64,000 nucleotides of DNA from Candidatus Omnitrophota bacterium (GTDB lineage Bacteria > Omnitrophota > Gorgyraeia > Zapsychrales > Fredricksoniimonadaceae). How positions within the stretch are numbered: position 1 is the first letter of the stretch; the number at the start of each line of letters is the position of its first letter. The DNA lies in NCBI GenBank assembly GCA_015233335.1, contig JADFXX010000005.1, positions 1,550-65,549 of the forward strand, given 5' to 3'. Shown in pieces: positions 26,365 through 37,043 of the stretch. The notes below the pieces were generated by a model. The model did no database searches, had not been told where the DNA came from, and saw only the letters and a list, made by a program, of their open reading frames with translations. The position numbers and the translations under genes are program-made.

Positions 26365-26393
26365 TCGACAAGCTTTAATTTTAAGATTATCAT
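26365..26393 (+). promoter_or_regulatory. Candidate sigma70-type promoter for the ychF-prfB-secA-lnt run
   Basis: TCGACA, 17-nt spacer, TATCAT. Located ~120 nt upstream of the ychF ATG. Confidence 0.35.
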
Positions 26394-26420
26394 GTTCAAG
26401 TTTTTAAGTGTGCCCTAACT

Positions 26421-26486
26421 GTCATCCTGAATGTAGTGAAGGATCTTAAGATGTCCTTAGATTTTTCGGCTTTGCCTCAGAATGAC
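26421..26486 (+). repeat. Imperfect 66-nt inverted repeat / hairpin in the putative ychF leader
   Basis: GTCATCCTGA...TCAGAATGAC (9 of 10 complementary) flanks an inner AAGGATCTTAAGATGTCCTT stem. It is built from two inverted ~30-nt units (GTCATCCTGAATGTAGTGAAGGATCTTAAG / GTCATTCTGAGGCAAAGCCGAAAAATCTAAG). Confidence 0.6.
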
Positions 26487-26515
26487 GATATACGCTATCC
26501 TAGAAAGGTTTTTTG

Positions 26516-27592
26516 ATGGAAATTGGTATTGTCGGGCTGCCCAATGTCGGCAAGTCCTCGCTGTTTAATGCTCTGACCGGCGCTGCGGCGGCTGCGGAAA
26601 ATTTCCCTTTTACGACGATAGAGCCTAATATCGGTATTGTTCCCCTGCCTGATGAGAGATTGGAAGTTTTAAGCCGCGAATGGAATTCCGCTAAGGTTAC
26701 CCCATCCGGTATCCGTTTTGTGGACATCGCCGGAATAGTGGCGGGGGCGTCCCAAGGGGAGGGTTTAGGCAATAAATTTCTTTCGCATATCCGTTCGGTC
26801 GATGCCATAGCCCACGTGGTGCGTTGTTTTAAAGACGAGAATGTGGTCAATGTGATGACAGAGCTTAATCCGCAGTCTGCCGCGGACATCATCACAACAG
26901 AGCTTTTATTGGCGGATATTCAGCAGTGCCAAACATCACTGGACCGCTGGTCTAAAAAAGCCAAGTCCGGAGACAAAGACTCCATTGCCAAATGCAATGC
27001 TTTAAATGATTGTGTAAAAGCGTTCAATGAAGGGATCCCGGCCCGCCGGGTCAAAGATATACCACCGGAAATCTTGAATGAATTTCAATTTTTGACCGCC
27101 AAGCCATTGTTGTATGTGGCCAATACCGATGAGGGAGCTCCAGATGAAGCGCTGCTTAAACCTTTGCGCGAGCGCGCTGCTGCGGAAGGCGCCGCTTTGG
27201 TTGCTTTATGCACGAAGCTTGAATCCGAGATCGTGCAATTGCCGTCAGATGAGCGCGCAGCTTATTATGAAGAGGCAGGAATCGCCTCGCCGGGCTTGGC
27301 ACGGCTGGCTCAGGCCGGCAAAGAGCTGCTTGGGCTTATCTGTTTTTTCACGGCAGGACCGCAGGAAACCCGTGCTTGGCTTATCCCGCAAGGAACGATG
27401 GCCGTTAAGGCCGCCGGAAAAATCCATTCGGATATCGAACGCGGGTTTATCCGCGCAGAAATCTATAAATTTGATGACCTTAAAAGACTGGGTTCCTATA
27501 AAGCGGTACAGGGAAAAAATCTGGTGACCCTTGAGGGAAAAGAATATATCATGCAGGACGGGGATGCGGCATATTTCCGATTTAGTGTATGA
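26516..27592 (+). CDS. ychF: Ribosome-binding ATPase YchF
   Basis: GIVGLPNVGKSSLFNALT, the OLA1/YchF coiled-coil insert, and a C-terminal TGS-like region GKEYIMQDGD. Confidence 0.9.
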   Translation: MEIGIVGLPNVGKSSLFNALTGAAAAAENFPFTTIEPNIGIVPLPDERLEVLSREWNSAKVTPSGIRFVDIAGIVAGASQGEGLGNKFLSHIRSVDAIAHVVRCFKDENVVNVMTELNPQSAADIITTELLLADIQQCQTSLDRWSKKAKSGDKDSIAKCNALNDCVKAFNEGIPARRVKDIPPEILNEFQFLTAKPLLYVANTDEGAPDEALLKPLRERAAAEGAALVALCTKLESEIVQLPSDERAAYYEEAGIASPGLARLAQAGKELLGLICFFTAGPQETRAWLIPQGTMAVKAAGKIHSDIERGFIRAEIYKFDDLKRLGSYKAVQGKNLVTLEGKEYIMQDGDAAYFRFSV

Positions 27593-28723
27593 CAGATAAT
27601 CTTACCAAGAAATTTGATGAACTTGCCAACAGGCTGGCCGGCCTAAGGGGGTATCTTTGACTTATCCCACAAAGAGGCGGCCATAGCCGACATACAAGCA
27701 CGGATGTCTCAGGAAGGTTTTTGGGATAATCAGGAAAAATCTAACAAGACCATGCAGGAGCTTAAGGGGCTTAAAAATATCGTTGAGCCTTTTGCGGAAT
27801 GCTTGAAGCGCGTGCATGATGCAAAAGAGTTTTTGTCTTTGACAGAAGATGATGAAGATTTAGAGAAGCAATTAGCCGATGAAGCTCTTGTGTTAGAGTC
27901 GCAAATTGACGCCTTGGAATTGCAGGCACACCTCAGTGGGCCTTTTGATCAAAACAACGCGCTTTTAAGTATCAATGCCGGCGCCGGGGGGACGGAGTCC
28001 TGCGACTGGGCTTCTATGCTGATGCGCATGTATCTGCGTCATGCGGATTTAAAAGGATATAAATGCGAAACGATCGATATTTTAAACGGAGATGAAGCCG
28101 GCATTAAAAATGTGACTTTGCGCATCGAGGGGGACAAGGCCTACGGATATTTAAAATCGGAAAAAGGGGTTCATCGGCTGGTGCGCATTTCCCCGTTTGA
28201 TGCCAATAAGCGCAGGCATACTTCCTTTGCGTCCGTTGAAGTTATCCCCGAAGTCGATGATGATACCGAGGTCGACATAGACCCATCCCAGCTGCGCATC
28301 GATGTTTACCGCGCTTCAGGGCCCGGTGGGCAGGGGGTCAATACTACGGATTCTGCGGTGCGTATAACGCACTTACCGACGAATATCGTAGCCCAATCTC
28401 AAAAGGAACGCTCTCAACTGCAGAACAAAGCCCAGGCCATGAAAGTGTTAAGGGCACGGTTAAGTGCCCTAAAAAGTCAGCAACAGGAAGAGGCGATGAA
28501 CAAAGAGGCCGGTGATAAACAGAAAATTGAGTGGGGTTCACAGATCCGTTCCTATGTGCTGCATCCGTATCTGATGGTCAAAGATCATCGGACAGGGGCG
28601 GAAACAGGTAATGCCCAGAAGGTCTTAGACGGAGAGATCGACCTTTTTATCGAAGGATTTTTAAAAACCAGACCCGAAGACCGGGACAAACGTCTTAAAA
28701 CACGAGGGAACGACGATGTTTGA
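27589..28723 (+). CDS. prfB: Peptide chain release factor 2, requires a programmed +1 frameshift at 27655-27661
   Basis: Frame 0 reads ATG(27589) [23 protein letters not shown], then TGA at 27658-27660. Shifting +1 after CTT continues [22 protein letters not shown]... into the listed ORF. SPF (VRISPFD) and GGQ (SGPGGQGVN) motifs are present. The ATG overlaps the ychF TGA. Confidence 0.95.
27646..27661 (+). promoter_or_regulatory. RF2 autoregulatory +1 frameshift site
   Basis: AGGGGGTATCTTTGAC: an internal SD-like AGGGGG, a 3-nt spacer, then the CTT TGA C slippery/stop context. As I recall it, this is identical to the E. coli prfB site. Confidence 0.95.
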
Positions 28724-31685
28724 TTTTATTGTACGTAATGGGATGGTGCAAAGTGCCCAAAAATTTATTGACCGTTTAAATCCACCGGTACAGATCCATA
28801 TTCATCCGGAAGCGCCCTTGCCTTCAATAAGTCTAGTCAAAAGGTTATCCCAACGCGCTTCAGAAATTTGTGCTATGGAAGCGAGCATCAAAGCCTTAAG
28901 CGACGATGACCTGAGGGCCAAGACCTCGGAATTCAAAGCCCGCATTTTCAAGGCCATCAGCGTTAAAAAGAACGAATACGAACAGTTTCAATCCAATTAC
29001 CGCAAGGCATCCTCGGCGCAGGAACGCGAAGATCTGGTTGTTGAGATCAAGCGTTTAGAAAAGGAATTATTTGAATCCAAGCAGGGCGTTTTAGATGAGA
29101 TCCTTAATGAAGCTTTTGCGGTTGTGCGCGAGGTGGGAAGACGGGTTTTGAATATGCGGCATTTTGACGTGCAGTTAGTCGGCGGCATGGTGCTGCATAA
29201 CGGGGGTATCGCGGAGATGACCACCGGTGAAGGAAAGACCCTGGTGGCTACCCTGCCGGCGTATCTGAACGCTTTGACCGGTGACGGGGTTCATGTGGTC
29301 ACCGTCAACGACTATTTGGCCCACCGGGACCGTAACTGGATGGGCCCTATTTATGAATTTTTGGGGTTGTCGGTAGGGGTCATTCAGCATGATATGAACC
29401 CGCGTGAACGCCAGGCTGCTTATGGCTGCGATATCACCTATGGGACCAATAATGAGTTCGGCTTTGACTATCTACGCGACAACATGGTGTCTTTTAAACA
29501 AGAAATGGTCCAGCGCGGGCATGCATATGGGATCGTTGATGAGGTTGATAGTATCTTGGTGGATGAGGCGCGTACCCCTTTGATCATTTCAGGGCCTGCG
29601 GAAGAAAGCACGGATAAATATTATAAAGCTTTTGAGATCGCCCGGCAGCTAAAAGGCCGCCGGGTCACCGAGGCGCAGGAGATCGATGCTAAGCATAAAG
29701 GTGAAGATCTTTATAAAGGGTTTGATTATTTGGCCGATGAGAAGGCTAAATCTATTTCGTTATCAGAAGAGGGGGAGAATAAGGCCGCTCTTCTTTTTGG
29801 CGTTAAGAATTTGCATGAGATCGACACCAACGAATACCGGCATCATGTCATTTGTGCCCTGCGTGCCAAAGAGTTTTTCACCCGGGACGTAGACTATGTG
29901 GTCAAGGGCGGGCAGGTTATTATTGTTGATGAATTTACCGGCCGCATGATGCCGGGACGCCGCTGGTCTGACGGATTGCATCAGGCCGTGGAGGCCCGTG
30001 AAGGGATCAAGATCGAGCGTGAAAATCAGACCTTGGCCACCATCACCTTCCAGAATTATTTTCGTATGTACGGCAAGTTGGCGGGGATGACAGGTACCGC
30101 TTATACCGAGGCCAATGAGTTTAAGCAGATCTATAATCTGGACACGGTGGTCATTCCCACCAACCGCCAGCTGATCCGTGTTAATTATCCGGACTGTATT
30201 TATAAAACCATGCAGGAGAAATACAACGCAGTCGTCGATGAAATTGCAACCTGCCATAAAAAAGGCCAGCCGGTCTTAGTGGGTACTATTTCCATAGAAA
30301 AATCCGAGCTGATCGCAGGCCTTCTTAAGAAACAGGGGATCCCTCACCAGGTCCTTAACGCCAAATATCATGAACTGGAAGCACATATTATCGCTCAGGC
30401 AGGCCGGTATAACGGGGTGACCATTGCGACCAACATGGCGGGTCGCGGTACGGATATCGTGCTGGGAGGCAACGCAGAATATTTGGCACGGGCATTGGCC
30501 GCGGAAAAGTCTAAAGATGCCGATGACAAAGCTCGGGAAGAGATGATCAAAACCTTCATCACCCAATTTAAAGATCAGGTTTCCAAGGAAAGAGAACAGG
30601 TGCTGACCGCCGGCGGTTTGCATGTCATCGGTACCGAACGTCATGAATCTCGCCGTATTGATAATCAGCTAAGAGGCCGCTGCGGCCGTCAGGGTGACCC
30701 GGGTTCGTCGAGATTTTATGTCTCCCTGCAGGATGATCTGATGCGTTTATTTGCTTCTGAAAATATTATGACCGTTATGGATAAGCTGGGCATGAAAGAA
30801 GGCGAGGTCATTGAATCCCGCATGGTCTCCGGAGCGCTTGAGGTGGCCCAAAAAAGGGTCGAGAACTATAACTTTGAGATCCGCAAGCAATTGCTGGAAT
30901 ATGACAATGTCATGAACAAGCAGCGGGAGGTCATTTATAGTCTGCGCCGTTCTATCCTTGAGGGGGAAAACGTGCGGGATGTCATTTTGGATGCTGTGCT
31001 GATGGCCTCAGATGAGGTGGTCGACAATCACTATGCTCTCGCACAAAGTGAAGAAGCTTTAAATTTTGTGGCTTTTGATATCCTTTCTAAATTTACGGTG
31101 GACATCAGCCCCGTCAAAGATCAGTGGAGTTCATTTAACAGTCAGCAGGTTAAAGATGAGCTTGCTCATGTTTTGACCCAGGCCTATGAAGCCAAAGAGA
31201 CCCAGGTGACGCCTGAGGTCATGCGCGGAATGGAGCGCATGATCCTTTTACACGTCATTGACACTAAATGGAAAGAACACCTGCATACCATGGACCAAGT
31301 TAAAGACGGGATCAGCTTGCGTGCGCTGGGGCAGCGCGATCCTTTAGTCGAGTATAAAAAAGAAGGTTTCTCATTATTTAAGACCATGTATGGGTCGATC
31401 AATCATGAAGTGGCAGCGATGATCTTTAGGTTGCAGGCGATGCCGCAGGAAGTTCGTCCGCGTTCCGTCTTCAGCACGATCCCGCAGAAGGCGGTCCATC
31501 AGGAATTTCAGGCAGGTATTCCCACACCGGTTGCACCTCAACAGGCAATATTACAGGAAACCTCGTTATCTCAACAGGCTATGCCTTCAGCAGCTCCGGC
31601 GGTGCGCAGCACTGATAAAGTCGGCCGCAATGAACCTTGTCCTTGCGGGTCCGGCAAAAAGTACAAAAAATGCTGCGGTACATAA
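28716..31685 (+). CDS. secA: Preprotein translocase ATPase SecA
   Basis: [40 protein letters not shown], and the C-terminal zinc motif [14 protein letters not shown]. The N-terminus is ~40 aa longer than usual, so the true start may be internal. Confidence 0.95.
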   Translation: MFDFIVRNGMVQSAQKFIDRLNPPVQIHIHPEAPLPSISLVKRLSQRASEICAMEASIKALSDDDLRAKTSEFKARIFKAISVKKNEYEQFQSNYRKASSAQEREDLVVEIKRLEKELFESKQGVLDEILNEAFAVVREVGRRVLNMRHFDVQLVGGMVLHNGGIAEMTTGEGKTLVATLPAYLNALTGDGVHVVTVNDYLAHRDRNWMGPIYEFLGLSVGVIQHDMNPRERQAAYGCDITYGTNNEFGFDYLRDNMVSFKQEMVQRGHAYGIVDEVDSILVDEARTPLIISGPAEESTDKYYKAFEIARQLKGRRVTEAQEIDAKHKGEDLYKGFDYLADEKAKSISLSEEGENKAALLFGVKNLHEIDTNEYRHHVICALRAKEFFTRDVDYVVKGGQVIIVDEFTGRMMPGRRWSDGLHQAVEAREGIKIERENQTLATITFQNYFRMYGKLAGMTGTAYTEANEFKQIYNLDTVVIPTNRQLIRVNYPDCIYKTMQEKYNAVVDEIATCHKKGQPVLVGTISIEKSELIAGLLKKQGIPHQVLNAKYHELEAHIIAQAGRYNGVTIATNMAGRGTDIVLGGNAEYLARALAAEKSKDADDKAREEMIKTFITQFKDQVSKEREQVLTAGGLHVIGTERHESRRIDNQLRGRCGRQGDPGSSRFYVSLQDDLMRLFASENIMTVMDKLGMKEGEVIESRMVSGALEVAQKRVENYNFEIRKQLLEYDNVMNKQREVIYSLRRSILEGENVRDVILDAVLMASDEVVDNHYALAQSEEALNFVAFDILSKFTVDISPVKDQWSSFNSQQVKDELAHVLTQAYEAKETQVTPEVMRGMERMILLHVIDTKWKEHLHTMDQVKDGISLRALGQRDPLVEYKKEGFSLFKTMYGSINHEVAAMIFRLQAMPQEVRPRSVFSTIPQKAVHQEFQAGIPTPVAPQQAILQETSLSQQAMPSAAPAVRSTDKVGRNEPCPCGSGKKYKKCCGT

Positions 31686-31686
31686 A

Positions 31687-33171
31687 ATGGTTTTTTTATC
31701 CTGTCTATTATCTGCAGGTCTTTTAATACTTTCTTTTCCCCGTATCGAATGGGCGCTTTTGGCTTGGGTTTCGCTGGTTCCGCTATTTCACGTTCTTGAC
31801 GGACAGGCACCATGGAGGGCTTTCCGGCGGGCCTATTTGTGCGGGTTCTTGTTTTTTTTCGGCACTTTGGGATGGTTTGTCTATGTCACCTATCCGGGCG
31901 CGATTCTTTTAATTACTTTTTTGTCTCTTTATTTCGCTGTTTTTGGAGTGATGTTTGTTTATTTTCAGAAATTGCCTATAACCCCGCGTATTTTTGTTCT
32001 GGCCTCGAGCTGGGTAGCTTTAGAATATATCCGGGCACATTTGTTCAGCGGTTTTGGCTGGGTGATGCTGGGGCATTCGCAATATCAGAATCTTTTGTTT
32101 ATCCAGATGGCGGACATAACAGGCGTATACGGGGTTTCTTTTGTAGTTATTTTAGTCAATCTCTTGTTTTTTGAAACCTTGCGGGCAATTTTGAAAAAAG
32201 ACGATCGCGCGCGACGTTCGTTATTCAGCGCTCAGATAGCTGTGATCGCCATTTTATTAGGGGTTTTGATCTATGGACTTTTGATCGCCAGTCAAAAAAA
32301 ACAATATAGAGCGGTCAATATTGGGGTGGTACAGCCGAATATTCCTCTGGAAGTCAACTGGGACCAAGAACGCAAGCCTTGGATCGTGAACCAAGCTCTT
32401 CAATTGACCGAGCAGCTTGGGGCAAGCAAGCTTGATCTTATCGTCTGGCCGGAAACGTCGCTGCCGGGTATTATCAGCGATGCGCCTCTTTTAGTGAAGA
32501 AGATCCAGCTAACCGCGCTTCGTTTGCGGGTACCCATTCTCATCGGTTCTGTGGCCCATGAAAACGGACATTATTATAATTCTGCGTTTTTGATAGGTGC
32601 TGATGGACAAATTCAGGGGCGGTATGATAAGATTCATCTGGTGCCTTTTGGGGAGTACCTGCCTTTAAGACCGATTCTAGGCTGGATCAATAATTTTGTT
32701 GAGCTTGATGATTTTACTTCAGGGCAAACGTATAAAATTTTTTCAGCGGCGGGCGGGAAAAAGAAATTTGGGGTATTGATCTGTTTTGAAGATACTTTAG
32801 GGTATCTGCGACGTAATTTTACCCAAGAAGGGGCTGAGTTTTTTGTCAACATGACCAATGACGCATGGTTCAAAGACACTAAGGCGCCTTTTTTGCAATT
32901 GCAGGCCGCGGTGTTCGGCTGTGTGGAGAACAGGCGGGCTCTTGTCCGTGCGGCCAATACCGGTGTGAGCGCATGGGTTGATACGTACGGCCGCATCCTT
33001 CATTTCGTTCACGACGGGCATGGGAAGAAAACTTTTATCGCAGCTTCAAGCTGGGGCCGGCTGCCTTTAGGGCAGGGGAAGACTTTTTATACAAAATACG
33101 GAGATGCTTTTACTTATCTGTGTTTTTTGTGTATATTAGTGGCTGTGGGGGTAAGAAGGATGTTCCATTAA
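31687..33171 (+). CDS. lnt: Apolipoprotein N-acyltransferase
   Basis: N-terminal TM block, then a CN-hydrolase domain with WPE, VLICFEDT (catalytic Cys) and NMTNDAWF. ATG 31687 follows the secA stop by 1 nt; the longer listed ORF overlaps secA. Confidence 0.85.
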   Translation: MVFLSCLLSAGLLILSFPRIEWALLAWVSLVPLFHVLDGQAPWRAFRRAYLCGFLFFFGTLGWFVYVTYPGAILLITFLSLYFAVFGVMFVYFQKLPITPRIFVLASSWVALEYIRAHLFSGFGWVMLGHSQYQNLLFIQMADITGVYGVSFVVILVNLLFFETLRAILKKDDRARRSLFSAQIAVIAILLGVLIYGLLIASQKKQYRAVNIGVVQPNIPLEVNWDQERKPWIVNQALQLTEQLGASKLDLIVWPETSLPGIISDAPLLVKKIQLTALRLRVPILIGSVAHENGHYYNSAFLIGADGQIQGRYDKIHLVPFGEYLPLRPILGWINNFVELDDFTSGQTYKIFSAAGGKKKFGVLICFEDTLGYLRRNFTQEGAEFFVNMTNDAWFKDTKAPFLQLQAAVFGCVENRRALVRAANTGVSAWVDTYGRILHFVHDGHGKKTFIAASSWGRLPLGQGKTFYTKYGDAFTYLCFLCILVAVGVRRMFH

Positions 33172-33183
33172 ACAGGAGTACCT

Positions 33184-33552
33184 ATGTCCAAGAAAATTTT
33201 ATTAGTTGATGATGATCCGGGTGCGCATTTAATCATTGTTCCTATCATAAGCAAGGCAGGATATACTGCGATCTCCGCAAAAAATGGAGAGCAGGCTTTG
33301 CATTTGGCGCTCAATGAACGTCCGGACCTGATCATCCTGGATGTTATCATGCCGGGCATTAAGGGACGAGAATTGTGCAAAAAAATCAAAGCTTATGATG
33401 TGCTCAAAAGCATTCCGGTTGTTTTTCTGACGGCTAAAGATTCTGAAGATGATATCAAAGCCGAACTGGAAGCCGGAGCCGTCACCCACCTGACTAAACC
33501 AGTCAACCCGAATGATTTATTGCAGACGATCAGCGCCATTATCGGGAAATGA
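33184..33552 (+). CDS. Stand-alone response regulator receiver domain (CheY-like)
   Basis: KILLVDDDP, DLIILDVIMPG, THLTKP. Confidence 0.85.
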   Translation: MSKKILLVDDDPGAHLIIVPIISKAGYTAISAKNGEQALHLALNERPDLIILDVIMPGIKGRELCKKIKAYDVLKSIPVVFLTAKDSEDDIKAELEAGAVTHLTKPVNPNDLLQTISAIIGK

Positions 33553-34511
33553 CCATGGCCACAGACTGGAAGAAAAAAACTGAAAGAACCTTGGTGCGCT
33601 ATGCGTTTTACTTTTTTTCATGGCTGTTTCGGGCTTTGCCGTACGTTGCTATCAAGGCGATGACCAACGGATTGTTGTCGGTCGCGTATTTTGTTGTGCG
33701 GCGTATGCGTCGATCGGCTATGGATACGTTGAGTATTGCATTCGGCCAGGAAAAATCCCGAGCTGAATTAGAAAAAATTTGCAAGGAATGTTTTTATAAC
33801 GCAGGACGCGGGGCCATTGAGCTGGGGACTTTCACGGTGCGTCCGCACTTGATCAAAGAGACATTTTCTTTTACCGGGGATTCCCGGAAGAACCTGGATG
33901 CGGCTATGAAAGAAGGACGCGGGGTCATCGGTATTTCCGCGCATTTTGGCAACTTTCCGTTAATGCTGCTTTATTTGGCACAGATGGGGTATCCCACCAA
34001 TGCCATCATTCGCCCCAGCCGTGATGAGATCATCGAGAAAGATTTTCAGGCATCAAGGTCACGGCTAGGCTTGAAAACCGTACATAGTTATCCCCGCGAA
34101 GCCTGTGTGGCCCAGTCACTGAAAGCTTTGCGGAACAAGGAATTATTAGTGGTTTTGCTCGATCAGAACACCGGCAGCAAATCAGGCGTGTATGTTGATT
34201 TTTTTGGACAGAAGGCAGGGACAGCCACAGGCCCTATTATTTTTGCCATGCGTACCGGCGCCCCGTTATTGCCGATTTTCACCCTGCGCGAGGGGGATGG
34301 AGACCATCATACCCTTTTGATCGAGCCGCATTTTTATCTGGAACAAAAAGCGAGCGACGAAGAAACCATCCAATACAACGTCCAGAAGCTGACGGATATC
34401 ATTGAAGGCTATATCCGCAAGTATCCCCGGGAGTGGGGCTGGATGCACCGTCGCTGGAAAAGTCGGCCTAGATCGACCGGCGAAGAAAGAGCGAGGGCCA
34501 ATGCTTCGTAA
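33549..34511 (+). CDS. LpxL/HtrB-family lysophospholipid / lipid A acyltransferase
   Basis: N-terminal TM anchor, SAHFGNFPLM (H-x4-acidic-type motif region), LLDQNTG. ATGA overlap with the upstream gene. Confidence 0.7.
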   Translation: MTMATDWKKKTERTLVRYAFYFFSWLFRALPYVAIKAMTNGLLSVAYFVVRRMRRSAMDTLSIAFGQEKSRAELEKICKECFYNAGRGAIELGTFTVRPHLIKETFSFTGDSRKNLDAAMKEGRGVIGISAHFGNFPLMLLYLAQMGYPTNAIIRPSRDEIIEKDFQASRSRLGLKTVHSYPREACVAQSLKALRNKELLVVLLDQNTGSKSGVYVDFFGQKAGTATGPIIFAMRTGAPLLPIFTLREGDGDHHTLLIEPHFYLEQKASDEETIQYNVQKLTDIIEGYIRKYPREWGWMHRRWKSRPRSTGEERARANAS

Positions 34512-34665
34512 AGTGATGTTGTTTATAGCCGGATTCGCTGTGACAATTTTTGGGGTTACTCTGGTTTTACAGCAGTGGGATGCTGTGGTTTTAGTCTTCA
34601 AGGGGTTTATTGGATCGCTTCTGGCGGTCATCGGACTGGTCATTTTGTTTTCTGCTACCCTTTAA
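34501..34665 (+). CDS. Small two-TM membrane protein, hypothetical (54 aa)
   Basis: MLRKVMLFIAGFAVTIFGVTLVLQQW...LLAVIGLVILFSATL. Fits the gap between the acyltransferase and the HAD gene. Confidence 0.4.
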   Translation: MLRKVMLFIAGFAVTIFGVTLVLQQWDAVVLVFKGFIGSLLAVIGLVILFSATL

Positions 34666-34669
34666 GACT

Positions 34670-35335
34670 ATGATTAAATTAATTATTTTTGATTTAGACG
34701 GCACTCTCGTTAATGCATACCCGGCGGTTGCCCGGAGTGTGAATTATACTTTAAAAGTTTTGGGTCTGCCGCCTCGATCGGATCAAGAGATCAAGCGCAG
34801 TGTTGGTGAAGGCGACCGACAGTTGATGGTTAAATTCGTCGGGGAAAAGTTGGCAGACAGGGCTCTTGCTATCTACCGGCCGAATCATGCTAAAGTTTTA
34901 AAGGAGAAAGGGACTGTTCGATTTTTGCCCGGAGTGAAGGGTGTGTTAGGGTTTTTAAAAAGCAAAGGGTATAAAATCGCCATTGCCAGTAACCGTCCGA
35001 ATAAATTTACACGTATCATCTTGAATGTTCTTGGAGCTCTTGATCTTTTTAATAGTGTTCTTTGTGCAGACCGTGCCAGCAAACCTAAACCGCATCCGGA
35101 TATGTTATGGGCGATTACCAAGCGTCTGGGGTTCGATCAAGCACAGGCTTTATATGTTGGAGATATGACGATTGATGTTAGATGTGCCCATGCGGCGGGG
35201 ATACGCATGGTGGCGGTCCATACCGGGTCAAGTTCAAAGAAAGAATTAAAAAGTTTGAAACCATGGCGAATTATTAGTAAAATGACTCAACTTAAGGCAA
35301 TTATGTCTTCCTTCCCCGTTTGTGGGGAGGGTTAG
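34670..35335 (+). CDS. HAD-superfamily phosphatase (phosphoglycolate phosphatase-like)
   Basis: IIFDLDGTLVNA (motif I), ASN (motif II region), YVGDMTIDVRCAHAAG (motif IV). Confidence 0.8.
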   Translation: MIKLIIFDLDGTLVNAYPAVARSVNYTLKVLGLPPRSDQEIKRSVGEGDRQLMVKFVGEKLADRALAIYRPNHAKVLKEKGTVRFLPGVKGVLGFLKSKGYKIAIASNRPNKFTRIILNVLGALDLFNSVLCADRASKPKPHPDMLWAITKRLGFDQAQALYVGDMTIDVRCAHAAGIRMVAVHTGSSSKKELKSLKPWRIISKMTQLKAIMSSFPVCGEG

Positions 35336-35350
35336 GGAGGGGGGAGAGTA

Positions 35351-35431
35351 ATGAGCAAAAGACTACGTAAGGGGAAATTAAACTGGCGTTCTAAAAAGGC
35401 CAATCATGGGGCCAAACCAGGCAAGGGCTAA
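35351..35431 (+). CDS. Candidate 26-aa highly basic small protein (possible ribosome-associated, bL37-like)
   Basis: ATG..TAA encodes MSKRLRKGKLNWRSKKANHGAKPGKG (10 K/R, no acidic residue). GGAGG lies 10 nt upstream. It exactly fills the 100-nt gap between two genes and is below the ORF-track length cutoff. Confidence 0.45.
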   Translation: MSKRLRKGKLNWRSKKANHGAKPGKG

Positions 35432-35435
35432 TCCT

Positions 35436-36898
<1,463 letters not shown>

Positions 36899-36938
36899 GA
36901 ATTCCGCTAATCGGGTAGTTGAGTACTTTGTTTCGGAC

Positions 36939-36977
36939 AAAAGGCCAGCTGTGAAAAAAACGCAGCTGGCCTTTTTT
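36939..36977 (+). terminator. Rho-independent terminator after gap (A-tract/T-tract, potentially bidirectional)
   Basis: AAAAGGCCAGCTG - 11-nt loop - CAGCTGGCCTTTTTT. A perfect 9-bp GC-rich stem followed by T6. Confidence 0.85.
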
Positions 36978-36999
36978 ATAAAGTGCCACAAATAATCCC

Positions 37000-37027
37000 T
37001 TGACCATACTCAATTTTTGGTTATAAT
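37000..37027 (+). promoter_or_regulatory. Sigma70-type promoter of the glycan supercluster
   Basis: TTGACC (37000-37005), 16-nt spacer, TATAAT (37022-37027). It sits directly after the gap terminator. Confidence 0.65.
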
Positions 37028-37042
37028 GTTCAATTATTGAAC
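37028..37042 (+). promoter_or_regulatory. Perfect 7-1-7 palindrome, candidate operator for the adjacent wHTH regulator
   Basis: GTTCAAT-T-ATTGAAC lies between the -10 box and the ATG at 37044. Confidence 0.5.
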
Positions 37043-37043
37043 A

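Noticed and set aside
31531-31686. N-terminal 52-aa extension of the lnt ORF overlapping the secA 3' end
   Set aside because: The extension is basic and non-hydrophobic and overlaps secA by 155 nt. The ATG at 31687, 1 nt after the secA stop, gives a normal Lnt N-terminal TM helix.
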